A DNA stretch of 32,000 nt from Candidatus Saccharimonadota bacterium (GTDB lineage Bacteria > Patescibacteriota > Saccharimonadia > Saccharimonadales > Saccharimonadaceae), in assembly GCA_016700015.1 (NCBI GenBank), contig CP064995.1, positions 210,001-242,000 on the forward strand, read 5' to 3'. Positions within the stretch are counted from its first letter, which is position 1; the number at the start of each line of letters is the position of its first letter. Made by a program: the position numbers and the translations under genes. Under the pieces are notes generated by a model. That model had not been told where the DNA came from, did not search any database, and saw only the letters and a list, made by a program, of their open reading frames with translations. Shown one piece after another: positions 23,789 to 31,917 of the stretch.

Positions 23789-24856
23789 ATGGAACAAACA
23801 CTTATCATCGGGCTGCTAGTTGTTGTGTGTGTGGGGATGGCTGTATTGCTATTGATCATCTTACAGCGCTTCAACGAACTTCGCCGTAGCAGCGCAGTTG
23901 AACTTATGAAAGCCGATGTTACTGAGCTGACAAGGAGCATCACATCATTACAGCAGACGATGGGCGATAAACTCGACCAGAGTAGCCGTGGCATGCAGGT
24001 TTCAGTGCAAAAGCAGCTGAGCGAAAGTGCTAAGCTAGTAGCTGATGTTACTCAAAGACTTGCGAAACTAGACGAGACGAATCGTCGTGTTGTCGATGTA
24101 GCCGACGAGCTAAAGACGCTTCAGAACGTGTTGCAAAACCCCAAGCAACGGGGAGTATTTGGCGAATATTATTTAAACAGCGTGCTCGAGAATGTATTGC
24201 CACCTGGGCAATTTCAACTGCAATACAAATTTTCTGATGGCGAAATAGTTGATGCAGTGATTTTCTTGGAAAAGGGACTGGTTCTGCCTATCGATAGCAA
24301 ATTTAGCCTAGAAAATTATAATCGCATGATAGAAGCAAGCGGCACTGAACGACAGGCCTACTTGCAAAAAGTGAAGCTAGACCTCAAGGGTAGGATTGAT
24401 GAAACAAGCAAATACATTCGACCGGCTGAAGGTACAATGGATTTTGCGTTTATGTTTATCCCTAGCGAATCGCTCTACTACGACCTACTCATCAATAATG
24501 TCGGTACTGGGGGTAGTTCACGCGATCTTATAGAATACGCGTTTCGGGAAAAGCGGGTGATTATAACCAGCCCGACAAGCTTTATGGCGTACCTTCAAAC
24601 TGTATTGCAAGGGCTAAGGAGTTTGCAGATTGAGCAGCAAGCCAAGGACATACAGGTGCGGGTGGGGAAGCTAGGGCAGCATATTGGCAAATTTGACGAA
24701 TACATGCATAAACTTGGGAGCGCGCTTGGCACAACTGTCAACCACTACAATGCTGCGCATAAAGAGCTGGGTAAAGTCGATAAGGACATTGTGAAAATTG
24801 CTGGTAGTGAAACCGGTGTTGACCCCGTATTGCTTGATAAGCCAACTATCGAATAG
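23789..24856 (+). CDS. rmuC: DNA recombination protein RmuC
   Basis: N-terminal TM helix, coiled coil, QRGVFGEYYL...DAVIFLEKGLVLPIDSKF...FMFIPSESLY; 355 aa. Confidence 0.85.
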   Translation: MEQTLIIGLLVVVCVGMAVLLLIILQRFNELRRSSAVELMKADVTELTRSITSLQQTMGDKLDQSSRGMQVSVQKQLSESAKLVADVTQRLAKLDETNRRVVDVADELKTLQNVLQNPKQRGVFGEYYLNSVLENVLPPGQFQLQYKFSDGEIVDAVIFLEKGLVLPIDSKFSLENYNRMIEASGTERQAYLQKVKLDLKGRIDETSKYIRPAEGTMDFAFMFIPSESLYYDLLINNVGTGGSSRDLIEYAFREKRVIITSPTSFMAYLQTVLQGLRSLQIEQQAKDIQVRVGKLGQHIGKFDEYMHKLGSALGTTVNHYNAAHKELGKVDKDIVKIAGSETGVDPVLLDKPTIE

Positions 24857-24895
24857 TGATAACCCCCACTTGCACCTAACAAGCGGGGGTGAAAT

Positions 24896-25147
24896 TCACG
24901 ACAGCGCGTGAATGATTTTAAACCGAAGCGCCAAAGCGTCAGAAGCGTTCTGGCACGTTTTACCCCGCCGTGTGAAACTGAGGTAGTGTAGTGCCTCAAG
25001 TACTGCGTCAACATCGCCGCGCTGGAAGCCGCCGTAGAGCGCAAACAGCTGCGTGCGCGCGTCTGAGCAGTGAAAATCTGCGTTCGGTCGATGAGCAAGC
25101 TCTTCGACCTCCGCACCCAGGTACTCGGGAATAACAGTGCTACCCAT
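24896..25147 (-). CDS. Hypothetical small protein (83 aa)
   Basis: GAGGAG lies just upstream of the ATG, and TATAAT further upstream on the minus strand. I recognise no motif. Confidence 0.55.
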   Translation of the reverse strand: MGSTVIPEYLGAEVEELAHRPNADFHCSDARTQLFALYGGFQRGDVDAVLEALHYLSFTRRGKTCQNASDALALRFKIIHALS

Positions 25148-25194
25148 TTACTCCTCTTTTCTCTTGGCTTAGTATCATTATAGAACATTTATTA

Positions 25195-25234
25195 CTAAAA
25201 ATCAAATACCACCGCTTTCGACAAGCGGTGGTAT
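25195..25234 (-). terminator. Rho-independent terminator after the MIP channel gene
   Basis: 12-bp stem ATACCACCGCTT / AAGCGGTGGTAT with loop TCGAC. On the minus strand it is followed by TTGATTTTTAG. Confidence 0.8.
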
Positions 25235-25253
25235 AGGTAAGAGCCTCGTTCAG

Positions 25254-26150
25254 CTAGTCGTTGCGGCGAGCGCCGGCGACGAGCAGATACAAGTTACCGC
25301 CGAGTGCAGCACCGATCAGCGTGCCAAGCACCACTTCGAGGCTAAGACGGCTGTATTGCTTTTCATCTTTATTGGCACGTGTTCCAGTGAAGCTTGCGTC
25401 GCTTGCTTCGGTTGATGCAAGTGCAACCGCTGGGTTAACGGTAGGGCCAGTAACACGGAAAGCGTGCTGGATATCACCCACAGCTGCCCATTTAGATGTA
25501 TCGTAGTTGCTACGAACGCTCGCAAGCAAGCTTGTACCAACAACCACAGCGACCATGAGCGAGAGACCGACGCCGAAGGCTTTGCCGACGACACTTAACT
25601 CGCGACGGCTAACAGCAGCAGCTAGACCGAACATGAAGACGGCTGCAGCGATGAGTTCGACGCCAAATACGCCCCAGTCGAGCGAACCAATATGGTCGAA
25701 GTTAAGTTTTACATTTCCACTTGATAGCCAGTTCATTACAATCACGGCAAGCATAGCACCGAGGAATTGTGCGCCCCAGTAAAATGGTACGAGCACAGTC
25801 TTGAGTCGGCGCATAGCCCACAGACCGAATGTAACAGCTGGGTTAACATGTGAGCCAGAAACAGCGCCAACTGTCAGCACAAGTACCGTCAATGCTAGTC
25901 CGACATAAAGAGCGCCGGTTTCTTTCACCGATAGCAAGGCAACAACTGTCAGAATGAATGTGCCTACAAGTTCGGCAAAAACAATGTTAACGATGTTGTT
26001 TGGTAGTACGCTAGCGCGTGAGCGAACTGACGTAGCTACTGTTTTTACAGCAGGCTTTGGTTCAGCTTTCACTGTTCGTATGGTTGTTTTGGCTGCGGCC
26101 GGCTTACGGGCGGGCGCTTTTTTGGTAGAAGCGGCTTTTCTAGTAGCCAT
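25254..26150 (-). CDS. MIP-family channel (aquaporin/glycerol facilitator-like) with a Lys/Ala/Pro-rich N-terminal tail
   Basis: Two NPA boxes (SHVNPAVTFG and GPTVNPAVALA). AAGGAGG lies upstream of the ATG. The N-terminal ~45 aa read MATRKAASTKKAPARKPAAAKTTIRTVKAEPKPAVKT. Confidence 0.88.
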   Translation of the reverse strand: MATRKAASTKKAPARKPAAAKTTIRTVKAEPKPAVKTVATSVRSRASVLPNNIVNIVFAELVGTFILTVVALLSVKETGALYVGLALTVLVLTVGAVSGSHVNPAVTFGLWAMRRLKTVLVPFYWGAQFLGAMLAVIVMNWLSSGNVKLNFDHIGSLDWGVFGVELIAAAVFMFGLAAAVSRRELSVVGKAFGVGLSLMVAVVVGTSLLASVRSNYDTSKWAAVGDIQHAFRVTGPTVNPAVALASTEASDASFTGTRANKDEKQYSRLSLEVVLGTLIGAALGGNLYLLVAGARRND

Positions 26151-26219
26151 TGGTATATTCCCTCCTTTAATTGAAATATGAGTTCATTATACCATAGTCC
26201 CTACGCTTGCAAGGGTGTC

Positions 26220-26228
26220 TGCTATAAT
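26220..26228 (+). promoter_or_regulatory. Extended -10 (TGcTATAAT) 8 nt upstream of ATG 26237
   Basis: TGCTATAAT at 26220-26228, then GACACTAT, then ATG. Confidence 0.5.
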
Positions 26229-26236
26229 GACACTAT

Positions 26237-26500
26237 ATGGGACGATATATAGAACAAACTGAATCACGCAGTGAACTACAGCAAAAAATCGCCGCTGACT
26301 TGCGGGCAAAAGCTGTCGCCAAGGCAAAACAGGAAGGTGCTGCTGCTGATGCGGGCTACTATGCTGCGCCAGATGGTGTTGACGACTCGGCATATATAAA
26401 GGGTACAAAAACCACTACAACGCTCGCACCGGCGTGGGTGATTATCACGTTCATGGCGATCGCCGTCTTCGCTTTCTTCGTCTATCAAGTCAACAAATAG
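26237..26500 (+). CDS. Hypothetical tail-anchored membrane protein (87 aa)
   Basis: An N-terminal charged helical region is followed by the C-terminal TM segment APAWVIITFMAIAVFAFFVY. Confidence 0.55.
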   Translation: MGRYIEQTESRSELQQKIAADLRAKAVAKAKQEGAAADAGYYAAPDGVDDSAYIKGTKTTTTLAPAWVIITFMAIAVFAFFVYQVNK

Positions 26501-26510
26501 CAGGCTAAAG

Positions 26511-26519
26511 TGATACAAT
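26511..26519 (+). promoter_or_regulatory. Extended -10 (TGaTACAAT) 7 nt upstream of the pheS ATG
   Basis: TGATACAAT at 26511-26519, then ACTACTA, then ATG 26527. Confidence 0.5.
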
Positions 26520-26526
26520 ACTACTA

Positions 26527-27561
26527 ATGATAGACATCGAAACATTATCTTCAGAGTTGCTCGCGCGGGTGGCAAATTCTGTCACGCCAGCAGAAGTTTT
26601 ACGTGACAGTAAGCTCGTATCGCTCTACGGCGAAATTCCAAAACTACCCACTGATAAGCGTGCTGAATTTGGCAAGAAGATTAATGAGTTAAAGAAAGCG
26701 CTGGAGGCGGCGATTGTTGCACGGAAAGATGAACTAAGCTTCGTAGAATTACCAGCAATTGATGTCACTGCGCCCATGGACTATAACGCCACAATACCTC
26801 AGGCATTACCGAGCAACGAGGGTTCGCAGCATCCTCTCACTAAAGAGATGGAAGTAATTTCCGATATTTTCAATCGCATGGGCTTTGTGACCGAGGAATC
26901 GCGCGAGATTGACGACCAGTATCATATGTTCGAGACGCTAAACTTTCCCAAAGGTCATCCGGCGCGTGACGACTACGACACCTTCATGACGGTTGAAACC
27001 GACGCCGATGGTGACCCGCTGATTGCACCGGCCCATACGAGCACCATGCAAAACCGCGTGCTCGAAAAATATAGAGATAATCTCGAGCGTGGTGAGGCGA
27101 TTGCCGCTATTGTGCCGGACCGTACCTTTCGAAACGAAGACCTCGATGCCAGGCATGAGCACACGTTTTACCAAGTTGAAGGAGTGTATGTTGACAAAGG
27201 TGTGCATGCCGGTATGTTGATTGCGACGCTGCAGAAATTTCTTGAAGCATACTATGGTAAGCAACTTGAAGTTCGGGTTAACCCTTTTTACTTTCCATTC
27301 ACCGAGCCTAGCTTTGAGTTTGCACTCAGTTGTCCGTTCTGCGACGATGGCTGTAATGTGTGTAGTCATAGTAAGTGGATCGAGCTTCTGGGCTGTGGGA
27401 TGATTCACCCGAATGTGCTCCGCGCAGCCGGTATCGACCCAGCCGTTTACACTGGTTTTGCTTTTGGCTGTGGTATCGATCGCCTCGTCATGATGAAACA
27501 TCAGATCGAAGATGTACGACATTTTGAGAGTGGTAAGCTAAACTTTTTGAGGCAGTTTTAG
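26527..27561 (+). CDS. pheS: Phenylalanyl-tRNA synthetase alpha subunit
   Basis: HPLTKEMEVISDIF, FRNEDLDARHEHTFYQVEG, FPFTEPSFE, GCGMIHPNVL and FGCGIDRLVM; 344 aa. Confidence 0.93.
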   Translation: MIDIETLSSELLARVANSVTPAEVLRDSKLVSLYGEIPKLPTDKRAEFGKKINELKKALEAAIVARKDELSFVELPAIDVTAPMDYNATIPQALPSNEGSQHPLTKEMEVISDIFNRMGFVTEESREIDDQYHMFETLNFPKGHPARDDYDTFMTVETDADGDPLIAPAHTSTMQNRVLEKYRDNLERGEAIAAIVPDRTFRNEDLDARHEHTFYQVEGVYVDKGVHAGMLIATLQKFLEAYYGKQLEVRVNPFYFPFTEPSFEFALSCPFCDDGCNVCSHSKWIELLGCGMIHPNVLRAAGIDPAVYTGFAFGCGIDRLVMMKHQIEDVRHFESGKLNFLRQF

Positions 27562-27893
27562 TGGTGAGTCAGCGGATTAAGATTGTTACCTTTGTCCCCG
27601 TAGTAGCAGCCGACGGAGTGCGGCAAGCACTTGGTGAAGCTGGTGCTGGGCAGATCGGTAATTATCACTTCTGTAGCTATTCGATCAGTGGATTTGGCAG
27701 ATTTTTGCCTGTCGATGGCGCAAACCCAACAAGCGGTACAGTTGGCGAGCTGAGCATCGAGCCCGAGGAGCGCATCGAAGTCGTCTGTGACCGAGCCGAC
27801 GCCAAGCGTATCATCGCCGCCATGAAGCAGGTGCATCCGTATGAAGAAGTGGCATATGATGTCTACCGACTCCTCGATGAGGACGAATTATGA
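27561..27893 (+). CDS. YqfO-family (Nif3 insert-domain-like, PII fold) small protein
   Basis: KIVTFVPVVAADGVRQALGEAGAGQIGNYHFCSY...HPYEEVAYDVYRL is colinear with my recollection of standalone ~100-aa YqfO-family proteins. Its GTG start overlaps the pheS stop (taGTG). Confidence 0.7.
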   Translation: MVSQRIKIVTFVPVVAADGVRQALGEAGAGQIGNYHFCSYSISGFGRFLPVDGANPTSGTVGELSIEPEERIEVVCDRADAKRIIAAMKQVHPYEEVAYDVYRLLDEDEL

Positions 27894-28468
27894 ACAAGAA
27901 GCCAGTTGTCTACGCCTTCATCGACAGCCAAAACCTCAATCTCGGCGTGCAATCCCATGGGTGGAAACTTGATTTCAAAAAGTTTCGCCTTTATTTGAAA
28001 AATAAATATAGTGTCGAAGAAGCTTATTTATTCATCGGTCTTGTACCTGGTAACGAGAAGCTGTATTCAAGTTTATCGTCGGCAGGTTACAAGCTGGTAT
28101 TTAAGCCAACAGTTCAATATATCGAAAATGGCAGTGTGAGCATGAAGGGCAATGTTGATGCCGAGCTAGTACTTTACGCCGCTGCAAAAGTATATGACGA
28201 ATATGACAAGGCGATTGTTGTCAGTGGCGACGGTGACTTTACTTGTCTACACGACTATTTGATAGAAAAACGCAAGCTCTTGCATGTGATGGTGCCAAAT
28301 CGGCGTTTCTCAAAACTGCTACGTTCACAGCTCAAATATATTGTGCAGATTGATCAGCTCAGAACCAAGTTTGCCTACAAACCACATAAAAACCAGCCCG
28401 TGCGGTCGGTCGAAACCTTAGGCAGGGCTGGCAAAACGTCGAGGAGTAGCGGTCGGTCGAAACCTTAG
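27890..28468 (+). CDS. NYN-domain (LabA-like, PIN-related) predicted ribonuclease with a basic C-terminal tail
   Basis: VYAFIDSQNLNLG...KGNVDAELVL...IVVSGDGDFTCL matches the NYN acidic-residue pattern. It has an ATGA overlap with the upstream gene. Confidence 0.8.
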   Translation: MNKKPVVYAFIDSQNLNLGVQSHGWKLDFKKFRLYLKNKYSVEEAYLFIGLVPGNEKLYSSLSSAGYKLVFKPTVQYIENGSVSMKGNVDAELVLYAAAKVYDEYDKAIVVSGDGDFTCLHDYLIEKRKLLHVMVPNRRFSKLLRSQLKYIVQIDQLRTKFAYKPHKNQPVRSVETLGRAGKTSRSSGRSKP

Positions 28469-28470
28469 GC
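28402..28470 (+). repeat. Perfect 22-bp direct repeat (GCGGTCGGTCGAAACCTTAGGC), two copies 47 bp apart
   Basis: The copies lie at 28402-28423 and 28449-28470. They sit in different reading frames of the NYN ORF, and the second copy contains its stop codon. Confidence 0.9.
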
Positions 28471-28541
28471 CTGCCACGACATGGTGATGATATAAATATG
28501 GTAGCAAATATAGTTAAAAAAGTCAATAATAGGAAGCAGCT

Positions 28542-31022
28542 ATGAAAGTTAGTCTCAATACCATCAAACAATATATTGATTTTGAGCTGCCACCAGTCGA
28601 CGAGTTAGTGGCGCAGATCAATAGCCAGCTCGGTGGTGTTGAGGAAGTGATTGATTTTGGTGCGAAATATAAAGACGCAAAAATTGTCAAAGTTGTTGAG
28701 TGTGAGAAGCATCCGAATGCCGACAAATTGAGTGTCTGCAAGATCGACGCTGGGACGGGTGAGCTGATCACGGTCGTCTGTGGTGCACCAAACGTTCATA
28801 CTGACATGTGGGCAGTATGGTTGCCGCCGGAGTCAGTTGTGCCCAGTACCTATGACGATAATGAGCCGTTTCGGTTGACTGCACGCGAACTACGCGGTGT
28901 CACCAGCAACGGCATGCTCGCGGCGGGTGACGAATTAGACATTAACAATGATCATAATGGCATCATTGAACTCGATGTCGATGAATGGCGACCCTACGCG
29001 ATAGAAATCAAGTCCGGTACGAGCTTTGCTGCTGCCTATGGCCTTGATGATATAATCATCGATATTGAAAACAAAATGTTTACCCATAGGCCTGACTGTT
29101 TTGGACAGCTTGGCGTGGCACGTGAAGTCGCTGGCATTACCGGACGGCAATTCACTAGTCCTTCGTGGTATAAGGTTTTACCTGAATTTAACAGAGGTGA
29201 TGTCCAAGAGCTTCGCGTAGAAAATAATGCATCGGCTGTGGTGCCACGCTTCATGGCAGTACTCGTAAAAGATGTCGTAGTGAAGGCAAGCCCACTGTGG
29301 TTGCAGTGTGAGCTGGTGCGGCTCGGCAGTAAGCCCATTAATAATATTGTTGATGTGACGAACTATATCATGTTACTAACAGGCCAGCCGACACATGCCT
29401 ATGACTACGACAAATTGCGTGGCCAGGCGCTCATTGCCCGGATGGCGAACGAGGGTGAAACGATCACGCTACTCAACAATAAAACGTATGAATTGACGCC
29501 GGACGATATTGTTATCGCGGATGCTGAGGGGCCGGTAGGTCTGGCAGGGATTATGGGTGGACGCGATAGTGAAGTCAGCGATACGACGACGAATGTTGTG
29601 CTAGAATGCGCCACGTTTGATATGTATGCCGTGCGCCGTAGTAGTATGCGACACGGTGTATTCACCGACGCATTGACACGGTTTAATAAAGGTCAATCAC
29701 CACTCCAAAACCCCTATATTCTAAGCCTACTACTCTCATCTCTTTACGACGTGGCGGGTGGCAGACAGGCTAGTGATATCTATGACGTAGGAACTACGTC
29801 ACAAGCATTGCCAGCTGTGAAAGCGAGCGTAGAATTCATCAATTCACGGCTTGGGTTGCAACTATCAACCGACGAAGTGATGAAGTTGTTACAGTGTGTT
29901 GAAATTGATGTTTCGCGCGCGTCGGATCAATCAACAGAGCTTTCGATTGTTCCGCCATTTTGGCGCACAGACATTGAGCAGCCCGAAGATGTTGTTGAAG
30001 AAGTAGGGCGGCTACATGGCTTCGATAAATTACCACGTGAACTACCCCGTCGACTAGCATCACCTGCGGCAAAGAATACGCGTCGTGTTCTTAAGCAAAG
30101 GGTTCGCGATAGTTTAACACGTGCTGGCGCCAACGAAGTGTTGAGCTATAGTTTCGTGCACGAAAATGTCATGAAACGAGCTGGTCAGAACACGGACTAC
30201 GCTTTTCGGCTCAGTAATGCGCTCAGTCCTGATTTGCAATTTTATCGCCTCAGCGTTTTACCAAGCTTACTAGACAAGGTTCATATGAACACCAAGCTCG
30301 GCTATGATGAGTTTGTGTTGTTTGAAATTGGTAAGGGCCACAATAAGCACGCTCATGCCGCTGATGATGGCGGGCTTCCAAAAGAACCTGAGTATATTGA
30401 TATGGTGTATGCATGTAAGACAGAAAAGCAAGGAGCTGCCTATTTTGTCATGCGCCAGTTTGCCGAGCGGTTGATGCGAGACCTAAAACTCGCTGCTGAG
30501 TTTCGACCATCAATCGATGCGATTGATGGTGTAGTTAGCGCACCATTTGAACCATCGCGCAGCGCAACGATTGCGTTAGCTGACGGTAATATACTGGGGA
30601 TTGTCGGCGAGCTAAAACAGACGGTAAAAAAAGCCTTCAAATTACCAGCCGCTACGGCTGCAGCTAGTTTTGATCTTGCGGCTCTTCAAGCAGCGGTCGA
30701 TCAAAAAACAAACGGCTATGTTCCGCTCAGTAAATATCCAACAATAACCCAAGATATTTCGCTCAAAGTCGGGTGTGAGGTAAGTTATAGCACGATCGAA
30801 GCAATTGTCAGGGAGGCGCTGGCTGCACAGCTGATTGGTGTATTGATGAGGGTTGAGCCAGTCAGCATTTATCAGTCGCCGGACGATATGGAAAATAAAA
30901 CCATCACTCTTCACATCGAATGTACGAGCTACGAGAAAACTTTGACTGACGATACCATCAATGCAGCAATGGAACATGTAGCAAAACAGGCGGCCAGTCG
31001 TAGCGGCGCCATACGAATATAA
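28542..31022 (+). CDS. pheT: Phenylalanyl-tRNA synthetase beta subunit
   Basis: The N-terminal tRNA-binding domain (KHPNADKLSVCKIDAG...VVCGAPN) is followed by B3/4 and B5 regions and a C-terminal FDX-ACB-like domain. The protein is 826 aa, with an AGGAAG SD. Confidence 0.93.
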   Translation: MKVSLNTIKQYIDFELPPVDELVAQINSQLGGVEEVIDFGAKYKDAKIVKVVECEKHPNADKLSVCKIDAGTGELITVVCGAPNVHTDMWAVWLPPESVVPSTYDDNEPFRLTARELRGVTSNGMLAAGDELDINNDHNGIIELDVDEWRPYAIEIKSGTSFAAAYGLDDIIIDIENKMFTHRPDCFGQLGVAREVAGITGRQFTSPSWYKVLPEFNRGDVQELRVENNASAVVPRFMAVLVKDVVVKASPLWLQCELVRLGSKPINNIVDVTNYIMLLTGQPTHAYDYDKLRGQALIARMANEGETITLLNNKTYELTPDDIVIADAEGPVGLAGIMGGRDSEVSDTTTNVVLECATFDMYAVRRSSMRHGVFTDALTRFNKGQSPLQNPYILSLLLSSLYDVAGGRQASDIYDVGTTSQALPAVKASVEFINSRLGLQLSTDEVMKLLQCVEIDVSRASDQSTELSIVPPFWRTDIEQPEDVVEEVGRLHGFDKLPRELPRRLASPAAKNTRRVLKQRVRDSLTRAGANEVLSYSFVHENVMKRAGQNTDYAFRLSNALSPDLQFYRLSVLPSLLDKVHMNTKLGYDEFVLFEIGKGHNKHAHAADDGGLPKEPEYIDMVYACKTEKQGAAYFVMRQFAERLMRDLKLAAEFRPSIDAIDGVVSAPFEPSRSATIALADGNILGIVGELKQTVKKAFKLPAATAAASFDLAALQAAVDQKTNGYVPLSKYPTITQDISLKVGCEVSYSTIEAIVREALAAQLIGVLMRVEPVSIYQSPDDMENKTITLHIECTSYEKTLTDDTINAAMEHVAKQAASRSGAIRI

Positions 31023-31068
31023 CCACTAGCTTTTGATTCTTCAGCTCGACCAGTATACACTACTAATC

Positions 31069-31917
31069 ATGACACTAGAGCGATGCACGCCGTACGTGGG
31101 AATTAGCGGAATAGCTGATCCTGTTCAGCAGTCTCGTTATGAAAAAGCATGGAGCGAAGCGGGTCTTAGTGGTGTACGTAATCTACTTCTGGGTGTTAAA
31201 GCTGTGCACAATACGCAGTGGTGTGATGTGCCAAATAAATATGGCAGCAATTGGTATCCGGTAGGGGAGGATGCTTTTTACAGAGCATTGTGGCCTAGGT
31301 ATTTATCAAACGATGACGAGATGGGGGTAGCCCAAATGTATCTTGACCCAGCTACTATCCATGATGACCCCTCCTACCCAGAGCGTTTTGTTGAGCGAGT
31401 GATGGTGCGTGGGCAAGACTGGCTGACTCATATTCAGTTCGATATGTTGCCGTTTCACGAACCGGACAGCGAGAATTGGGGCGAACTTATTCAGCGAATT
31501 AGAGGCAACGGTGTGGGGGTAATAATGCAATGTCATCAGCCGGCAATGCAACTGGGAATAAACGCTGCGCTCGACAAGCTTCGTCGTCTACCGCCGCTTG
31601 ACTATATACTGTTTGACGCTTCTCATGGAACGGGCAAACGACTTAGTGCTGATGCGCTGCTTCCATTCCTTGAAGCAGCCTATAACGACAAAGATTTAGC
31701 GGCAAGCGGCACGAATTTCGGTATCGCCGGCGGACTAGAAAGCCAGGTCATACACGACGCTATGCCTGCTGTCATCCGTTATTTCCCTGATATTAGTTGG
31801 GATGCAGAAGGCCGTTTGCATAATCCGTGGCAAGGCGAGGCAACAACACGAGGTCTGCTGAACGATCAAGCTGTGACGGATTATTTACACGCTTCGGGTA
31901 AGGTGGTTAACCGGTAA
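31069..31917 (+). CDS. Hypothetical TIM-barrel-like protein, weakly TrpF (phosphoribosylanthranilate isomerase)-like
   Basis: VGISGI..., ILFDASHGTGKRL and FGIAGGL recall the TrpF layout (weak, from memory). I prefer ATG 31069, which lies 7 nt after TACACT with TTGATT 17 nt upstream. Confidence 0.6.
   Translation: MTLERCTPYVGISGIADPVQQSRYEKAWSEAGLSGVRNLLLGVKAVHNTQWCDVPNKYGSNWYPVGEDAFYRALWPRYLSNDDEMGVAQMYLDPATIHDDPSYPERFVERVMVRGQDWLTHIQFDMLPFHEPDSENWGELIQRIRGNGVGVIMQCHQPAMQLGINAALDKLRRLPPLDYILFDASHGTGKRLSADALLPFLEAAYNDKDLAASGTNFGIAGGLESQVIHDAMPAVIRYFPDISWDAEGRLHNPWQGEATTRGLLNDQAVTDYLHASGKVVNR

Noticed and set aside
24745-25188. 147-aa minus-strand ORF overlapping the rmuC 3' end and the 83-aa ORF.
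   Set aside because: It overlaps rmuC in antisense and runs through the intergenic hairpin. The nested 83-aa frame has the SD and the -10 box, so I prefer that one.
28402-28470. Checked whether the 22-bp repeats could be a minimal CRISPR array.
   Set aside because: There are only two copies with a 25-nt spacer, they lie inside a coding region, and no cas genes or further repeats occur in the window.
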